DNA of 63,495 bases, the filler included, from Bigelowiella natans CCMP2755 (lineage: Eukaryota; Protista; Cercozoa), in the NCBI GenBank assembly GCA_000320545.1. It is 5 parts of 5 records of this genome, joined end to end, with 100 filler letters (N's around TTAATTAATTAA, not from the genome) between each part and the next. Parts side by side here need not be neighbours in the genome. Positions count along the whole stretch, not along the records: positions 1 to 30,963 come from ADNK01001377.1; positions 31,064 to 53,117 come from ADNK01003141.1; 3 more parts are not named here. One strand, 5' to 3'. Below are positions 25,580 through 38,485 of the stretch, piece by piece. A program made the position numbers and the translations under genes. The notes beneath the pieces are model-generated. The model was not told the DNA's origin and searched no databases. It saw only the letters and a list, made by a program, of their open reading frames with translations. Positions within the stretch are counted from its first letter, which is position 1; each line of letters begins with the position of its first letter.

Positions 25580-27011
25580 CTTTTCTCTTTATTTTCCCTC
25601 TTGTTCTTTCGTGTCTACTACATCCATTGTGTGAGGGGAGAGCTCTTCGTCCCGCCTCAGAGTTGCGTAGAACGTTTCGCCTTCCTGGAGGAAGGAAAAG
25701 GAGAGAAAGCAAGTCCAAAGCTCTCTCATCGTATGATTACAGTATTGGAAGATCAGCATACAATGCTTGTTCACAGCAGAGCAAGTATGCGAGATAGGAA
25801 ATGGGTGAGAGTAGCATCGGGTATAACGTTTGATTGCACAGATAAGAAACAAAAATACTTTTGCGTTGAGAATCTTCGCCTTTATCTGTTGGTAGGAAAG
25901 TCCTTTGATAAACATCACGGGCATCGATTTCGAGATCTCGTCTTGGCTTCCGGCTTCAGGCTTCATGCTAACGATGGCCATGTCATCAATCACCAGTATT
26001 GGAGAATATCAGTGCAAAAATCGAAATGGTATTTTGTTATTTCACAAGGCTGTTTTGCTGTCAAGGCTGTATTGTTGCGGTCATTTAGACGACTCCTGTC
26101 GGCGGAATAAATAATACCTGTACAGGACTCTTCCGTCAGGATCGTGGTCGCCAACGACAACTCCTATCGCTCCAGCATTCTGTGCGTGACGGGCCTTCTC
26201 CAGGAATGTGCAGCCTCCGCGTAGTATCAGTAGAATCTTGCCCTTGTGATTTGCAAAGAGAAGAGGAACGGAAGGGGGGGTTGGGATTTTAATGCAGCAA
26301 AAAAGGGGAGAGGGAATATATTAATTTTGGAAGGTGCTCGTAATCAACACTTATTCAACCCCCTTGGAAGGGGGTGTCACTGTATGCAGGGAGGGGATTA
26401 AACTGGTGGAGGAGAGAGGTCAAGACCTCGGTGAGGTTTTTATTCAGCTGGCTGCATGCCTCCTCAGATTTCCCCGTCAATAGAACCAGCTGTTACAAAT
26501 ACACGTTCAGGGCACATCACCTCAGTTTAAAACGTTTTTGACTAATTGAGTTCTCGGAAATTCCCAACATAGTTTGACGGCGATGTGTGGAATGAGCTCT
26601 CCCTCTTAAGAAAGCTGTGATTTATTATCTTTTAGTTCGAACGAGGAAGAGTAGACCACCTGTCCAGTGATATTGTAAGGCTGCTGAGCTCCAAAGGTTG
26701 CCGTAACGTGCCTCACAGACATAGCGCTAACGAGTAATGAACTTGCATTTAGATTCTCCCCAGGATGTAGTGGTCAATAGCATTTAACAAAATTTTGGCA
26801 ATACAATACTTCATCGATTAACTCCTCGTGCATTTCAGCGACATTTATTCTTAAATGGAATAAAGAAGTAAATAGTGGCTCACGTGGAGTTGTCCACGGG
26901 TTGTCCTGCATCCCCATCTTGCTTGTTGTACACGAGGAGACCATCAGTCATGCTCACGATGCAAATCAGCAGCGTGCACAACTTCGTAATCGAGAGCTTT
27001 GAGGTAGTCAT
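23833..27011 (-). CDS. PA-TM-RING-H2 E3 ubiquitin ligase (RNF13/RNF167/RMR-like)
   Basis: Signal peptide MTTSKLSITKLCTLLICIVSMTDG. PA domain GKILLILRGGCTFLEKARHAQNAGAIGVVVGD. RING-H2 CTVCFEDFQ|SGEQIKALPCNHGFHAACIDPW|LLHHSDKCPIC. Confidence 0.9.
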
Positions 27012-27848
27012 TGAGATGTCGTCCAACGTGAGCAAGCACCTCCTACAAATTCTCCTCTCAATGGGAAAGGAGAATCGTTGCTGGCGACGAAACGAAGCGA
27101 GGTGGAAAACACACAAAGAACGGTTTTCGCTTAAGTTTGTTACACCGCCCCCACTTGTCCTCCTCGCTAGCACTTGTCAGTCTGCTGAAACCACCCAATC
27201 GACCAAGTACTCCTTCCTACCTAGAGAAGGATCAGGCCACCACCATTCATGAGCGTGATTCTGTAATGAGAACGCCTTTTCCGCTCATTAATGTAATAAA
27301 TGTCCTGCGATTCCGTTCGATCTAGTTTATTTGACGTAGAAAGAGATTGTAGGATATTTTAAAGAAGATACAAGGACATCTTGCTCGATAGCAGACTAAA
27401 TTCTATGGTCCCTTCGAGCCGCTCTGATCGCTGGAAGTTCGACTTTCGAATTTAGGAATGCTATGGAAGGCGAAGTCTGAGAATTGCGGTAAAAAGAATA
27501 ATTCGGTATATCAGATCGGAGGTTTGATTGAATTCGCCGATGGCATGCGTGAGACTCATGCCGAGCAATTTGCTACTAAAACTTCCGGCAATTTATTCAT
27601 AAATAACATAAACAAATCAATTTCGGTACTACGTCAACGATAAAAGATAACTTTCACTAGCTACACAGATGTATCTCGTTCTATGAAAGATAATAAGCTT
27701 TATTCAATACGACATACATATGTATTTAGTATATTTAATAATGCCCTTAAATTCTTCTGTTTCTGTAGAGTGGCTGCGATTTAAAGTCTGATATTTTAGA
27801 AGAGTTAGTAATCTTAACTCATCTGTGTCCGTAGGAGTTGACTTCACC

Positions 27849-28881
27849 ATGCCAACTAGGTATGCAGAAAGAACGAGTGGGGGGTGGGGGGGCACAGGGT
27901 ATACAGACAAGAGGGATGAAGTGTCATACGAAGTACTGGGATGTTAAATGCTGATACAGAAAAAAAAAGGGGAACGAGGGAGATAGCTGAGGGTTAACAC
28001 GAATGTTGTTCTCTCGAAGCAAATGAAAATTACTGCTGTAGATTGGGATGTATAGTGAGAACGGGTGGTTAGCGCGCGTCTCTTTGGGAGTACCACTATT
28101 TCATTTCTCTTTAGTTACACATGAAAGTTTGTTAGATCAGGCAAAGAAATTAAATTATTTCAATCTATGTAGGGTTCCTGAGTCTCTGTTGAAGAAGAGA
28201 AAGCGCAATGAAAAACTCGCAAAAGCGAAGGCTGAAAAGGAAGCAGCTGACGCAAAGAAAGCTTCTACTGCTAAGGAAGAAGCCTTCAAGCGCGCAGAGA
28301 AGTACGTAAAGGAATACCGCAGTACTGAGAAAGAGATTATTTCATTGAAGAGAAAAGCTAAGATGGACGGTGACCTCTTCTTACCTGCTGAGAGGAAGGT
28401 GCTCCTCGTCGTGCGCATCCGCGGTATCAACCGTATGGCTCCTAACACTCGCAAGATCCTGCAACTTCTCCGCCTTCGCCAAATCCAAAACGCAACCTTC
28501 CTTCGCGTCAACAAAGCTACACTGAACATGCTGAAGAGAGTGGAACCTTACGTCACTTACGGCGAGCCTTCCTTACGAACAATTCGCGAGCTCATCTACA
28601 AGCGTGGATACGGTAAGGTCAACGGTCAGCGTATTCCTCTGTCCGACAACAAGGTGATCGCTGATTCTCTCGGTAAGCACGATATCATCTGCATGGAAGA
28701 CCTAATCCACGAGATCTTCACCGTTGGTCCTCACTTCAAAGAAGCAAACAAATTCTTGTGGCCATTCAAACTGTCTTCCCCTCTTGGAGGTTACAAGGCT
28801 AAGAGAAAGAACTTCGCTGAGGGCGGGGACGCTGGCGATCGCGATGAATACATCAATAAGCTTGTCCGCCGAATGAATTAA
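27849..28881 (+). CDS. RPL7: 60S ribosomal protein L7 (uL30), one intron 27860-28172
   Basis: MPTR|[11 protein letters not shown]...VVRIRGIN...[35 protein letters not shown]...[12 protein letters not shown]-like...NKLVRRMN*. Confidence 0.98.
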
Positions 28882-29928
28882 GTAGCAAGTTATGTGAATT
28901 TAACAGGACTAAATGTGTCATCTATCCTAAAATCATCCTCTCTGCACACTTGTCTTGCACACATAAAATTATTCAGTCTATAGTCTCTTTCTTCTCATAT
29001 CTACGTATCTCCTCTTCTCATTCTCTATCTCTTTCCAATGCGATGCAATGAAGCTGACATCGCACTCTGCATGATTTTCGAGCCAAGCTGATGCGAACAA
29101 CACAGTGATGATTACACCTTTTATTCTAGCCTTGCGCAGGCACAATAATCAATCTAGCAATGCCAGAACAGAGCACAAAATAAAGCTACATATTTATTGG
29201 GTACGTACACGCGCACGCCGCCGCCATACAAAACATGTACGTTGCGTGTGAAATTGACGTGTGAATTGTCGTTAAAATCAAATCACAATCTGGCCAACGT
29301 GTGCGCGGCCCCGCACCGCGGGTGTGTAGGCTTGCACACTAGCGTACGTAGATGAAGCATGTGGTGATGGGCTGGCTAATTATTGTGCTATATATTTCAA
29401 AAATCCGCGCTAGCTGCATGCGCATGACAACATATCGTATCTTTCGTTCATGCACTATACGATACGACGTTAACCACGTACGCACACTCGTCTTGCTTTG
29501 TTTAGCTACATATATCGCACAAAAAAGCGCGCAGCATCTGCTACAGTCGTAGTAGGAATAAGCTGTCAGCCGCGTTAGTCCCGCCAGACGCTACGCAGCG
29601 CTGCACGCGCGCGCTGTTCCGGTTATTCGGGGGACGAACATTATAGCAGCTTCAAATTTGTGCAACACAAAAGTTCAGTGACAGTAGAACTAAAATTACC
29701 TTATTTATTTCAGCATTAAAATCTACATGCACAGCATCGCACCACTAGCTGGCCGAATTACGAAATCACCTAAATTATTCTAATTTGCGGAGCGAGGAGA
29801 GGCATCAATGCAGATAAACCTCCCGTTATATTATTACACCTATCTGATGACGAAGATGATGCCAATATCGTTTTTACAAAACAGATTCTTTTATTCAGAT
29901 TACATCAACTGCTTGGCAACCTTAGGAA

Positions 29929-29969
<41 letters not shown>

Positions 29970-29999
29970 ACGCGCACACAAACAACAAAAACAAACATG

Positions 30000-30930
30000 T
30001 GAATGAGTGGGGTGACGAGAAGAGAACTCCGGAAGAGGTCTGGAGAGAGCTGTTGATACCCTTACCATTCTCATCATCACCCCCCCCCTCCTTCACCAAC
30101 ACGTTCAACTACGATGTACTCCTCTTCCTCCTCCTCCTCCTCCTCCTCCTACTACTACTATAGAATGGCTGCCACACACACACACACACACGCACACGCA
30201 CACCTGTTTTTGGTAATAGGTCTCATTCAACCATCCGGGTTTACCGACACCCATCATCGCCAGTGCTCTCTCGCTCATCAGCAAGCTCTCCTCTGACGGC
30301 ACATCGTCACACCGTAGCAAAACACAAACAACACAGCTCCTTCTTCAGATATCCTTGCTAGCGAAAGAAAGGGAACTAAAAACCGCTTTTCAAGAAGCTG
30401 GAAATCATAGAGCCTCTTTCTTCCTCCTCCTTCTCCTCCTCCCCCTCCCTCGCCCCTCCCCCCCTTTCCCTCATCCTCCCACACTATAGCGACCTGCCCA
30501 GTCTCCGTACATCTGCGCGGCCTCGGTGGCACGATAGTCGTTGTTGGCCAAAAAGACGCCCGCATCGGCACCGAAGGGGCTGTGGTCGGGTTTCAGGGAT
30601 TTAGTTAAAGCGACGCATCCAGAAAAGGAAGCTTTCTTAGCGGCAGCTCACTCGCGACGATGGCAATGATGATGATGATGATGATGATGATGGTTATGAT
30701 GATGGCTATGCTTCTTACGTTAGGAGCATTTGTGCGTAGGACTTCTCCGTCAGCCCTTCCACTCCACATGCAGACGCTAGCGTGCCCTTTTTGTAGTACA
30801 CCTTTCGGGGGGGGGGGGGGCGAAGGGAATGGCTTCCGTTATTCTCCCGCACGCGGACATGTTGATAGCGAAGGCTACTGGCGCTATCGAAAAGCACCCC
30901 AGATGCTTCTTTTGCCGGCCACACTGGGCA
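30000..30930 (-). CDS. Hypothetical protein, 3' exons only (5' end lost at gap)
   Basis: Exon-like segments (…KGTLASACGVEGLTEKSYAQMLL|gtaag; LRCDDVPSEESLLMSERALAMMGVGKPGWLNETYYQKQ|gtgtg) separated by microsatellite-rich introns. No homology recognised. Confidence 0.35.
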
Positions 30931-30963
30931 AAAAACTACTGCTGCTACTACTACTACTACTAC

Positions 30964-31063
30964 NNNNNNNNNNNNNNNNNNNNNNNNNNNNNNNNNNNNN
31001 NNNNNNNTTAATTAATTAANNNNNNNNNNNNNNNNNNNNNNNNNNNNNNNNNNNNNNNNNNNN
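30964..31063. other. Assembly gap with artificial TTAATTAATTAA linker
   Basis: 44 N + TTAATTAATTAA (stops in all six frames) + 44 N. Confidence 0.98.
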
Positions 31064-31133
31064 ACATATTGTATTAAATAAAATGGGAAATAGAGATATA
31101 GACATTATGTTTATTATGCATTATTAGTACAAT

Positions 31134-31168
<35 letters not shown>

Positions 31169-31219
31169 ATATTTAATACTGTACTGAGAGCGATTTTTCT
31201 GTTTTTGCGGGATTGATAG

Positions 31220-31352
31220 ATCAACTTCCACCGGACGTGTATCTCAGCCATGCAAGATACTATTCAAATGGTTTTGTCTCTCTCTTTCTCTCCCGCTTGC
31301 TATATACGTGTCAAAATGACAATATATAACAGTAAATATATTCATATATTCA

Positions 31353-31393
<41 letters not shown>

Positions 31394-32999
31394 ATATTAA
31401 CATCTATCTATTATGTATTACTCGCCCTCGAGCGTTTTGTGTAATCATTGTGTGTGTGCTTGTGCTTGTGCTCGTGCTCCTGCTTGTGCGTGTGGGCGTG
31501 TGTGTGCGTGGGCGTGTGCGTGCGTGTGTTTCTGATTTCCATCTCCAATATCAGTGCGAGACAATCGAGCCCGAAGAAAACCACAACAAGTTCAGTCTCG
31601 ACGCAAAAGTGAGCATATTGAAGGTATTACCTGTCCGGCGCCCTGTGTGTTCCCTTGTAATCTTGAGAGCGTTGGTGCGCGCACCTTGAAATCCAATGCT
31701 CTTGGAGGTCTCAGCGTGGCATGCCTCTCGTACGCATTCATCGCGACGCGCCGCCGTTGTTCTTTCGCGAGGTTGGTGCTTGATTCTCACTGACTGCTGT
31801 GGTGGCCAGGAGGCGTACGATCCTACCGATTCTAAAAGCGTTAAGAAGGTTGAGCACTTGCTGCCTCCGGAGAGGGACAAGGACACCGCTGAGAGACTAG
31901 ACTCATTGGAGGTAGGTGATATTCTGTGCCTGACAGCAAGAGGGAGAGGGAGGGGGGGGGGGGGGGGGTTGTGGATGATAACGCTTTTACACGGCGGTCA
32001 GTGCGAACAATTCTCGTAGCCTATAATAAATGATAGTAGACATTATTTATGCAACAACAGCATTGATGCTTTTCCCTCCCCTCCTGGCACTACGCAGTGT
32101 TTGCCGGGGAGGGGGGGAGGGAGGGGCATGTTCGTTCTTCGTCGTTGTGATTTGCTGCAATTGCCCTCTTCTTTGGTCGCGTCCATACTATAGATTATGA
32201 AGATCGGCACAATGTATTATCGCTTCGTGACGGTTGGGATAAAGACCTGGAGACCCGTTTTTATCCTACTCTCCGGTAGTGTCGCTGCAGCCTATAAATA
32301 CATGATGCGGGGCGCTTGTCATGATGCGGCCTTCTTGGGGTTGTTCCATGCGCCGAGTGGAAATGCTGAAAAGAGGATCAAACGTTCGTCGTTTGAATGA
32401 ATAAAGTCGGCATTTATATTCAGAAATGTTACATGCTTTCAGGGAGGGGCATCTTGCACGTTTTCCAGAGCGAAGACGAGGAGAAACCGATGATGACGAT
32501 TGGTAGTTGAGGTTGAGGGGGGGGGGGGGGGGGGGGGTCTCATGCTGCGTAAATACACCTTATGATATTGGTTCTATCGATTGAATATGAATGTCTCGAG
32601 CGCACTCGACTAGAGCCTTTTTACGAGTTGTATCACTCAATGAAGATCCTTTACGTGCCAACACTCACAGGGCTTCACTACTGCACAATCAACCTCGCCC
32701 CCAGCGTGCACCCCAACGCCTTCCGAATCATGGAGGCGAAGCCGTCTATAACGGGCGGGGAGAAGGTATGAGAGCCCCCAGCTTACATGGAAGAAACGCC
32801 TTAGAATATCTCCTTCGATTTCCCTGCGTTTTATAATAGCAGCGTAACCCTATCATTGGTTTGTTACTAATCAACGCTGACTTCGGTCGCGTTTCAGATC
32901 GCGAAGCACTGCTTACGGACCGGGCAGCAAGGACGATGGCAGAATGGATGGTGATAGACGTTTGAATGTGTATATATAGAGTTAATAAATATGTATATT

Positions 33000-33051
<52 letters not shown>

Positions 33052-33514
33052 ATTAATATATATACTATCTAAGAAAAAGAAGAGAAGCGACGCAGGGTTC
33101 GTCGCACCGCCGCCGCGCTGCACATATCACGATTTATAGAAGTTTCACAAAACACCAAATCAATGCATGCTGTAGCCTATCTGCGCTCCGATGAGCGGGG
33201 CGGTTTGTTTTCTTTGTTGTAGGTCGCGTTGAAGCAGTTTATTCCATCGCAAACCGTCGAGATCACGCAGAAGGAAATGAAGAAATTTCACCGAATGCGC
33301 GTGGTACGTGCACCTTATGTGCAATGCACGTGCGCGTGTCTACATGCAAAAACCTCCTTGTTTTTGGCACCATCCTTTGCAACTTATCGGTTTCCATGCG
33401 TGCGTTGGGTTTAAATTGCGCTGGTGGTGATGCTGAATTCGAATGATGATTCGAATGATGTGCGGTTTTGATTAGTCGGAGGCCATCAGGAAAGGCAGGA
33501 TCAAGAAGAATTGA
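31220..33514 (+). CDS. PH-domain protein, 3' part (possibly BAR-PH), with an apparent 1-nt frameshift at ~32922
   Basis: Spliced IMKIGTMYYRFVTVGIKTWRPVFILLS|GRGILHVFQSEDEEKPMMTI|GLHYCTINLAPSVHPNAFRI...KHCLRT/AARTMAEWM|VALKQF, a typical PH fold pattern ending in the conserved EW..AL helix. Last exon SEAIRKGRIKKN*. Confidence 0.75.
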
Positions 33515-33519
33515 TTCGT

Positions 33520-35100
33520 CAATGGCAGATGCTTGCAATTGAAATGAACCTTCGTCGTGTCGCTCGCAGAAGATCGAATTTCAGCATCATCCATTCTCAC
33601 TTGTGCTGTGAATCTCATTAACAAGTCACTTTTTGGCGTTCGTTACGTTGGTCATTGGCCGTCAATCCGCCGCCTGTGAGCGCTGCGCATGTGCGTGTGT
33701 GGTGTGCATGCGCATGACTGATGACACGGCTAGACAGCGGCTTGTGTTGATTTGGACGTACATCGATCGTGCAACGTGCGTGCGGTGTGGTGATCATGTT
33801 CAGCATCTGCTGTGGAAACGGTGCGCATTGCAAATGTTTTTCCTGGGCATGTGGACATGACTAGATGATGGGTTGAAGGGTGTCTAGATGTGCACCAATG
33901 CACTCAGCTAGTCAATGATGCGCAATCACAATCCCGGCTAGCTAGCTAGCTAGGATCACAAGCTTGCGCTTAGACAACAGCAGTTGTCCTAGTGTCCAAG
34001 CCACGATGTGCTTCATGCTGGCATGGATACCATGTGAGCAAGTGTGTGGGGCCCACATGGCCTAGCTAGCTAGCTAGCTAGCTAGCCAGCCATGACATTG
34101 GACCACACTAGCACACATGTCTAGATGCAACCATGGAGTGGATTGAGGCACATGGATTTTGTCACATGACAGACATGCAATGCACAACGTGTGCAACATG
34201 TGTGGTGCATTGCTGTGTCCATCATTCGCAGCATCGACCACATGCACTGTTGGAGGCCACGCTAGCGAGCACAGTGTGAGTGCATGGCACACAACTCGTC
34301 AAAATCGTGGCATGCATGCACAATGTCGCAATCACAGCTTGCACGTGCGCAACTGCCAAGTGTTTCCACATTTCAGTCATCGTGCCGGAACGAAGGTGAG
34401 ACAAAACCAGTGCGATGTCTAGATGTGTCTAGCTAGCTAGCCCCCCAAGATGAAATTCCAAAATTTGCTTTGAAAAGCATCTAAATGTGTTTGCATGCAT
34501 CAAAACACACGTCTGATGCCTTCATGGTGCATCACAAGCATCATGCGTGTTGTTGCCATGTCCATTGTGAGCAATTGTGTGAGCAATTGTGGACGACATT
34601 GTAAGCAATCGCAGACACGTGATGTCATGTGTGTGTTGTGAACATCATGCATGTCATCTCTGTGTTCATTGTCCCACGTCTGGACATCTCCAGATCTAGA
34701 CATCGCAGACACCTCCATGATTTGCATGTTGGCGGTTGCAATGCTGGAATGATTTCATTGTTGTCACTTGCATTGCACATCACACACGAATGAAATTGCG
34801 CACATGATGACGTTGCCAAACCAAAAACGTGCTCGTGCATGGCATCGCACTCGTGCGTGTGTGCATGATTTTCACGCGTTTGCCACACAGTGTTGCATGA
34901 TCATGACAAAGTGATAAAAACGATTTAATTCATCACGCCCGTCTCACGTGTTCATGACAACACTGCACATGGCGTAGCCTAGTATAGCTAGCTGTGGTAG
35001 CAGCGCAGAGCGAAACGCAGCATGCACATGGTTTTCCATCACCTAGCTCGCGCTCACACTAGCTCAGCACAGTCGAGAATCAAATCACCGAGATTCGATT
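33520..35100. other. TpA-depleted/CTAG-rich tract 4 (convergent intergenic)
   Basis: Hand count 33650-34910: ~28 TA, ~23 of them in CTAG including a (CTAG)6 run at 34062-34085. CATG and TGCA are very frequent. Confidence 0.9.
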
Positions 35101-35230
35101 TCATCCGCCAGGCAGTGCGGCCGCTGCTGGCTGATAGATACGATTAGCTAGTCAGTTGTGAAATCGAAATTCAGACTCAAGCGGTGCCACCGCTGCTCAT
35201 CGCGTCGTGGTCGCTATAATAAGCGCTTCG

Positions 35231-35638
35231 TCATTTGAACACTTTGCAATGCCCCCCATGCGCAAACGGCCGCGAGCACCCGAACGTCTTGGCACAGATG
35301 GAGGGCGGATAGAACTTGTCGCCGTCCTCATATTTCTTGCACAAATACTCGATGTTGCTTTTCCGACAGCGCGTGCAAGGGAACCCCCCCTCGCACTTCA
35401 TTTTCCTCGTCACGCAATGCACGCAAGCGAGGTGGAGGCGTTTGCGCCTTTTCACGGGTTTTCGAGCGACCAGCTTAGGAATCTTCACGGCAGGACTGCC
35501 CAGGCTACAATGATCATATGACAAAGGAATTTACTCGATTAGTGCAGCAAGATGTAGCAAGTATAGTACCGCAAGCGCCGATTCCGAATTATGTATATTA
35601 CATATATAAAACAAAATAGTATATATAATATAATCATG

Positions 35639-35680
<42 letters not shown>

Positions 35681-36367
35681 TATTACACCGCCAACCCCCT
35701 CTCTCGCAAATCCATTCGTAATCTGACAAGCCAAGCATAACACGATGTAGTACACAACCTCATGGTGCGACGGTTTGAAGTCGCAAAACTCGCGCTTGCG
35801 TTCGTCGGTGGCCTCGTCGATGGCCCAGGCGCAGTAGCAGCAGCTCCTTCCCCTGCGGTAGTGCTGAGCTTTCTCCTGGAGTCGGTAAAAGCTGCGGGTT
35901 GCGCTCTACTTTTCTCAGCAGTGCTGTGGTGGGGGTGGGGGTAGTGGCGGCGGTTATCGACGCTTTTGGCAGAGCGCGCCCCGCGCGGGGGGGGGCTGCT
36001 TCGGTGCGGAGGCTGCTGGGTTGAGGAAGAAGAGTGTGGTTTTGCTGTGGAGGCTTTGCCTGGAAATGCTCTCTTTGGCATTTTGCCCAGGGCAGCGTCT
36101 CGCCCGTCTGCAAATGGCTGCGCTGCTGCCGCCCGCAGGTGCGGAGCGTGTGCAGCCGTGGGAGGGGGGGGGGGAGGAGGAGGAGAGGGGGGCGGCGGGT
36201 GAGGGGGAGGCGGAGCGAGGGGGGCCACGTCGTCGGAGGAGCTGCTTTGGGCCGAGATTATTTTTACAAGGCCGAGAGCCGCTTCTTGTTCGTCCATCTG
36301 GTTTCGGTACCGCTGACGGTCTTCGGATGCTCGTTTCTAATGGGTTGTTAAGAAGAATTTGGGTGTA

Positions 36368-36421
<54 letters not shown>

Positions 36422-37464
36422 GATTAGAGTATTACACACACACTCACACACACACACACGCACACCTACTCACATTCACCCTTATAGAACAAAGAGAGAC
36501 AAAGAGGCAGCGAAAGGAGGATGCTCTAGTTATCAAGGCCTTTACTCCTCTCCCTTCATCGATCAACCTGATACTGGTCACGCTCGTGGTTCTTCAGGGT
36601 GTTCCACAGCTTCGCTAAGGCCTTGTTCACCTTACAAGGAAGCTCCATAACGGCAATATACATCGACTATCATCTATACTAAGAAAGCACTGGACTGTAT
36701 TTTTGACTAAATCGGTAACATCCCAAGAGTTGCACTTGCATATCATCATAATGCTTATAGATCACATACATATTAGCACATTTGTGGTTATAGTGGACTG
36801 ATGCCCGCCCCCCCCTCCCGCCCCTCCGCCAAGCGACTACAACCTTTCCTTTCACAAATTTCGAGTTAGGGTTGGAGAGGCCCATCGTGCTCATGACGTC
36901 TGCCATCACTTTCTCTCGAACGTCCATCTGCACCGCGCCAAACGTCGAGAAAATCAGAGGCAGTACAAGGGGGGAGGGGGGCGAGAAGGAACACACCTGA
37001 AAGAATTCGTATGCGTGCTTTGCACGCTTCGGTTTGCTGACCCTTCCACTATTTCTAGGTGCCACAGCTAGCGGTCGCCAGTCATTTAAGTCGGTCGGAG
37101 AGCCAGGGCCGTCCCTCTTCCGATTATGATCGTCTGCGGCCTTCGCTATGGGGACCAACGCAGCTTCATCGATTGTATCAGAGGTATTTGCGAGGAGCTT
37201 AAGTAGATGACTCGCAGCATTCCTTTCTTCCTTTACGCGCCTCTCCTGCCATCTTTGCACTTTTGGCACCGTGATCCCGCTCGGTTCAGACAGCGCTGCC
37301 GCTCCGCGGGAGTGAGCGGTGAGAGAGAGGCTGCTCTTGGGCCCTGTAGTTTCATTGCAAGTAGAAATTACGATCTCGTGTTATTTATCTTCGGAGTTAG
37401 GGCAAGCGCGAGCGGTTTGTTTACCATCAGCAGGTCTCCCAGCGTATCTCCGCTTCTGAGTCAT
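35231..37464 (-). CDS. Transcription factor with an N-terminal HMG box and a C-terminal Zn(II)2Cys6 binuclear cluster
   Basis: HMG box KPKRAKHAYEFFQ|MDVREKV...|VNKALAKLWNTLKNHERDQYQ|KRASEDRQRYRNQM. Zn cluster ACVHCVTRKMKCEGGFPCTRCRKSNIEYLC (C-x2-C-x6-C-x5-C-x2-C-x8-C). Intron phases are consistent. Confidence 0.8.
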
Positions 37465-38485
37465 TTTCCCTGCGAAAACGGTTTGGAACGGCGAGAGATC
37501 ATAAGCGAGCAAAGAAATGAAACACTTTCTTCCACGTAAAATCAATGTAGTCTCTTGTTTCAAAAGAGAAAAAATCGAGCCCCCTTTCCCCCCCATCGAA
37601 TCAATACACCTCTCGTATGGAAAGCATCGATGTCAAAAATTTTGATTGAACTTGAGTTTGACTTACAGTAAAGCTAATAAGCTCTGTGCTCTCTCTCCGC
37701 CCTCATAAATAGCAAAGAGGGAAGGATCTGCCTTGGAAGGTAGGACAGGGGAGAGCGGTTTTTATTCGAAATTATGCCTACATAAGATGTCGCATATAAT
37801 AAACGCTATGGCATTTTGGTATTTCTTTCGGTGTTATCGCCGAAGAAGTTGCTCTCAAGGAAACGAAAGCAATTCATCGCATTCTAGCTCGCCTGATTTG
37901 GATAGCAGCATACTATTTTGGGTAATGTTGAAGATATAAATGTTGTCGTAGTGTCAATTTACTATATGTTTGGGGTTGTTAATGGTATCCCCGAGAAGGA
38001 CTTTAATCTGACTAAATGTGATAGCTGCTCGATTCATAACTTTCTCGGCAGCTGCCAGGCGCGCAAGTCCGCAAATTCAGAACTTGACGTCTTCATAAAA
38101 TAGGAGGAAAGAATGTAGTATAAATATTCTTAACGACATGATAATATTATGTGAGAAGGGTTTTATGCCCTTGACAACGCATTGTTCAGCTAAAAAAGCG
38201 TTTGTAGCAGAATCCAAGAGGAAATTATCTTCATTTTTGATATACGTCAATAAAAATGTTGGTTTTTTATGTATAATTAGCATGAAAACAAATATTTTAA
38301 CGGGTTAGTTATCTGTCTTAAGTCTTAACGATTGCCTCAATTTCTGCCGCACTCTACCCTCTCCTCGGAATCAGATCCAACTAAACTTCAACACGGGGGG
38401 GGAAGACTTCTTATCATTTCGTTCCAGCAACTTTCCTGTCGAAAACTAAAAGTTCAATCAAGTATCTGATTGAGTCGACGGGGCA

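Noticed and set aside
27912-27990. Possible C/D snoRNA in the RPL7 intron (GGATGA...CTGA...CTGA)
   Set aside because: Imperfect C box, no terminal stem and no recognisable rRNA guide.
28048-28172. N-terminal extension of RPL7 in the ORF track
   Set aside because: Intronic read-through; the real start is ATG 27849 spliced to 28173.
31008-31019. TTAATTAATTAA palindrome repeated four times in the window
   Set aside because: Always centred in 44 N + 44 N; a synthetic six-frame-stop scaffold linker, not biology.
33618-34888. Numerous His/Cys-rich ORFs in the TA-free tracts (also 7395-8700, 18698-19234, 40555-41513) resembling metal-binding peptides
   Set aside because: By-product of losing TAA and TAY triplets and gaining CAY/TGY; they overlap on both strands and show no family motifs.
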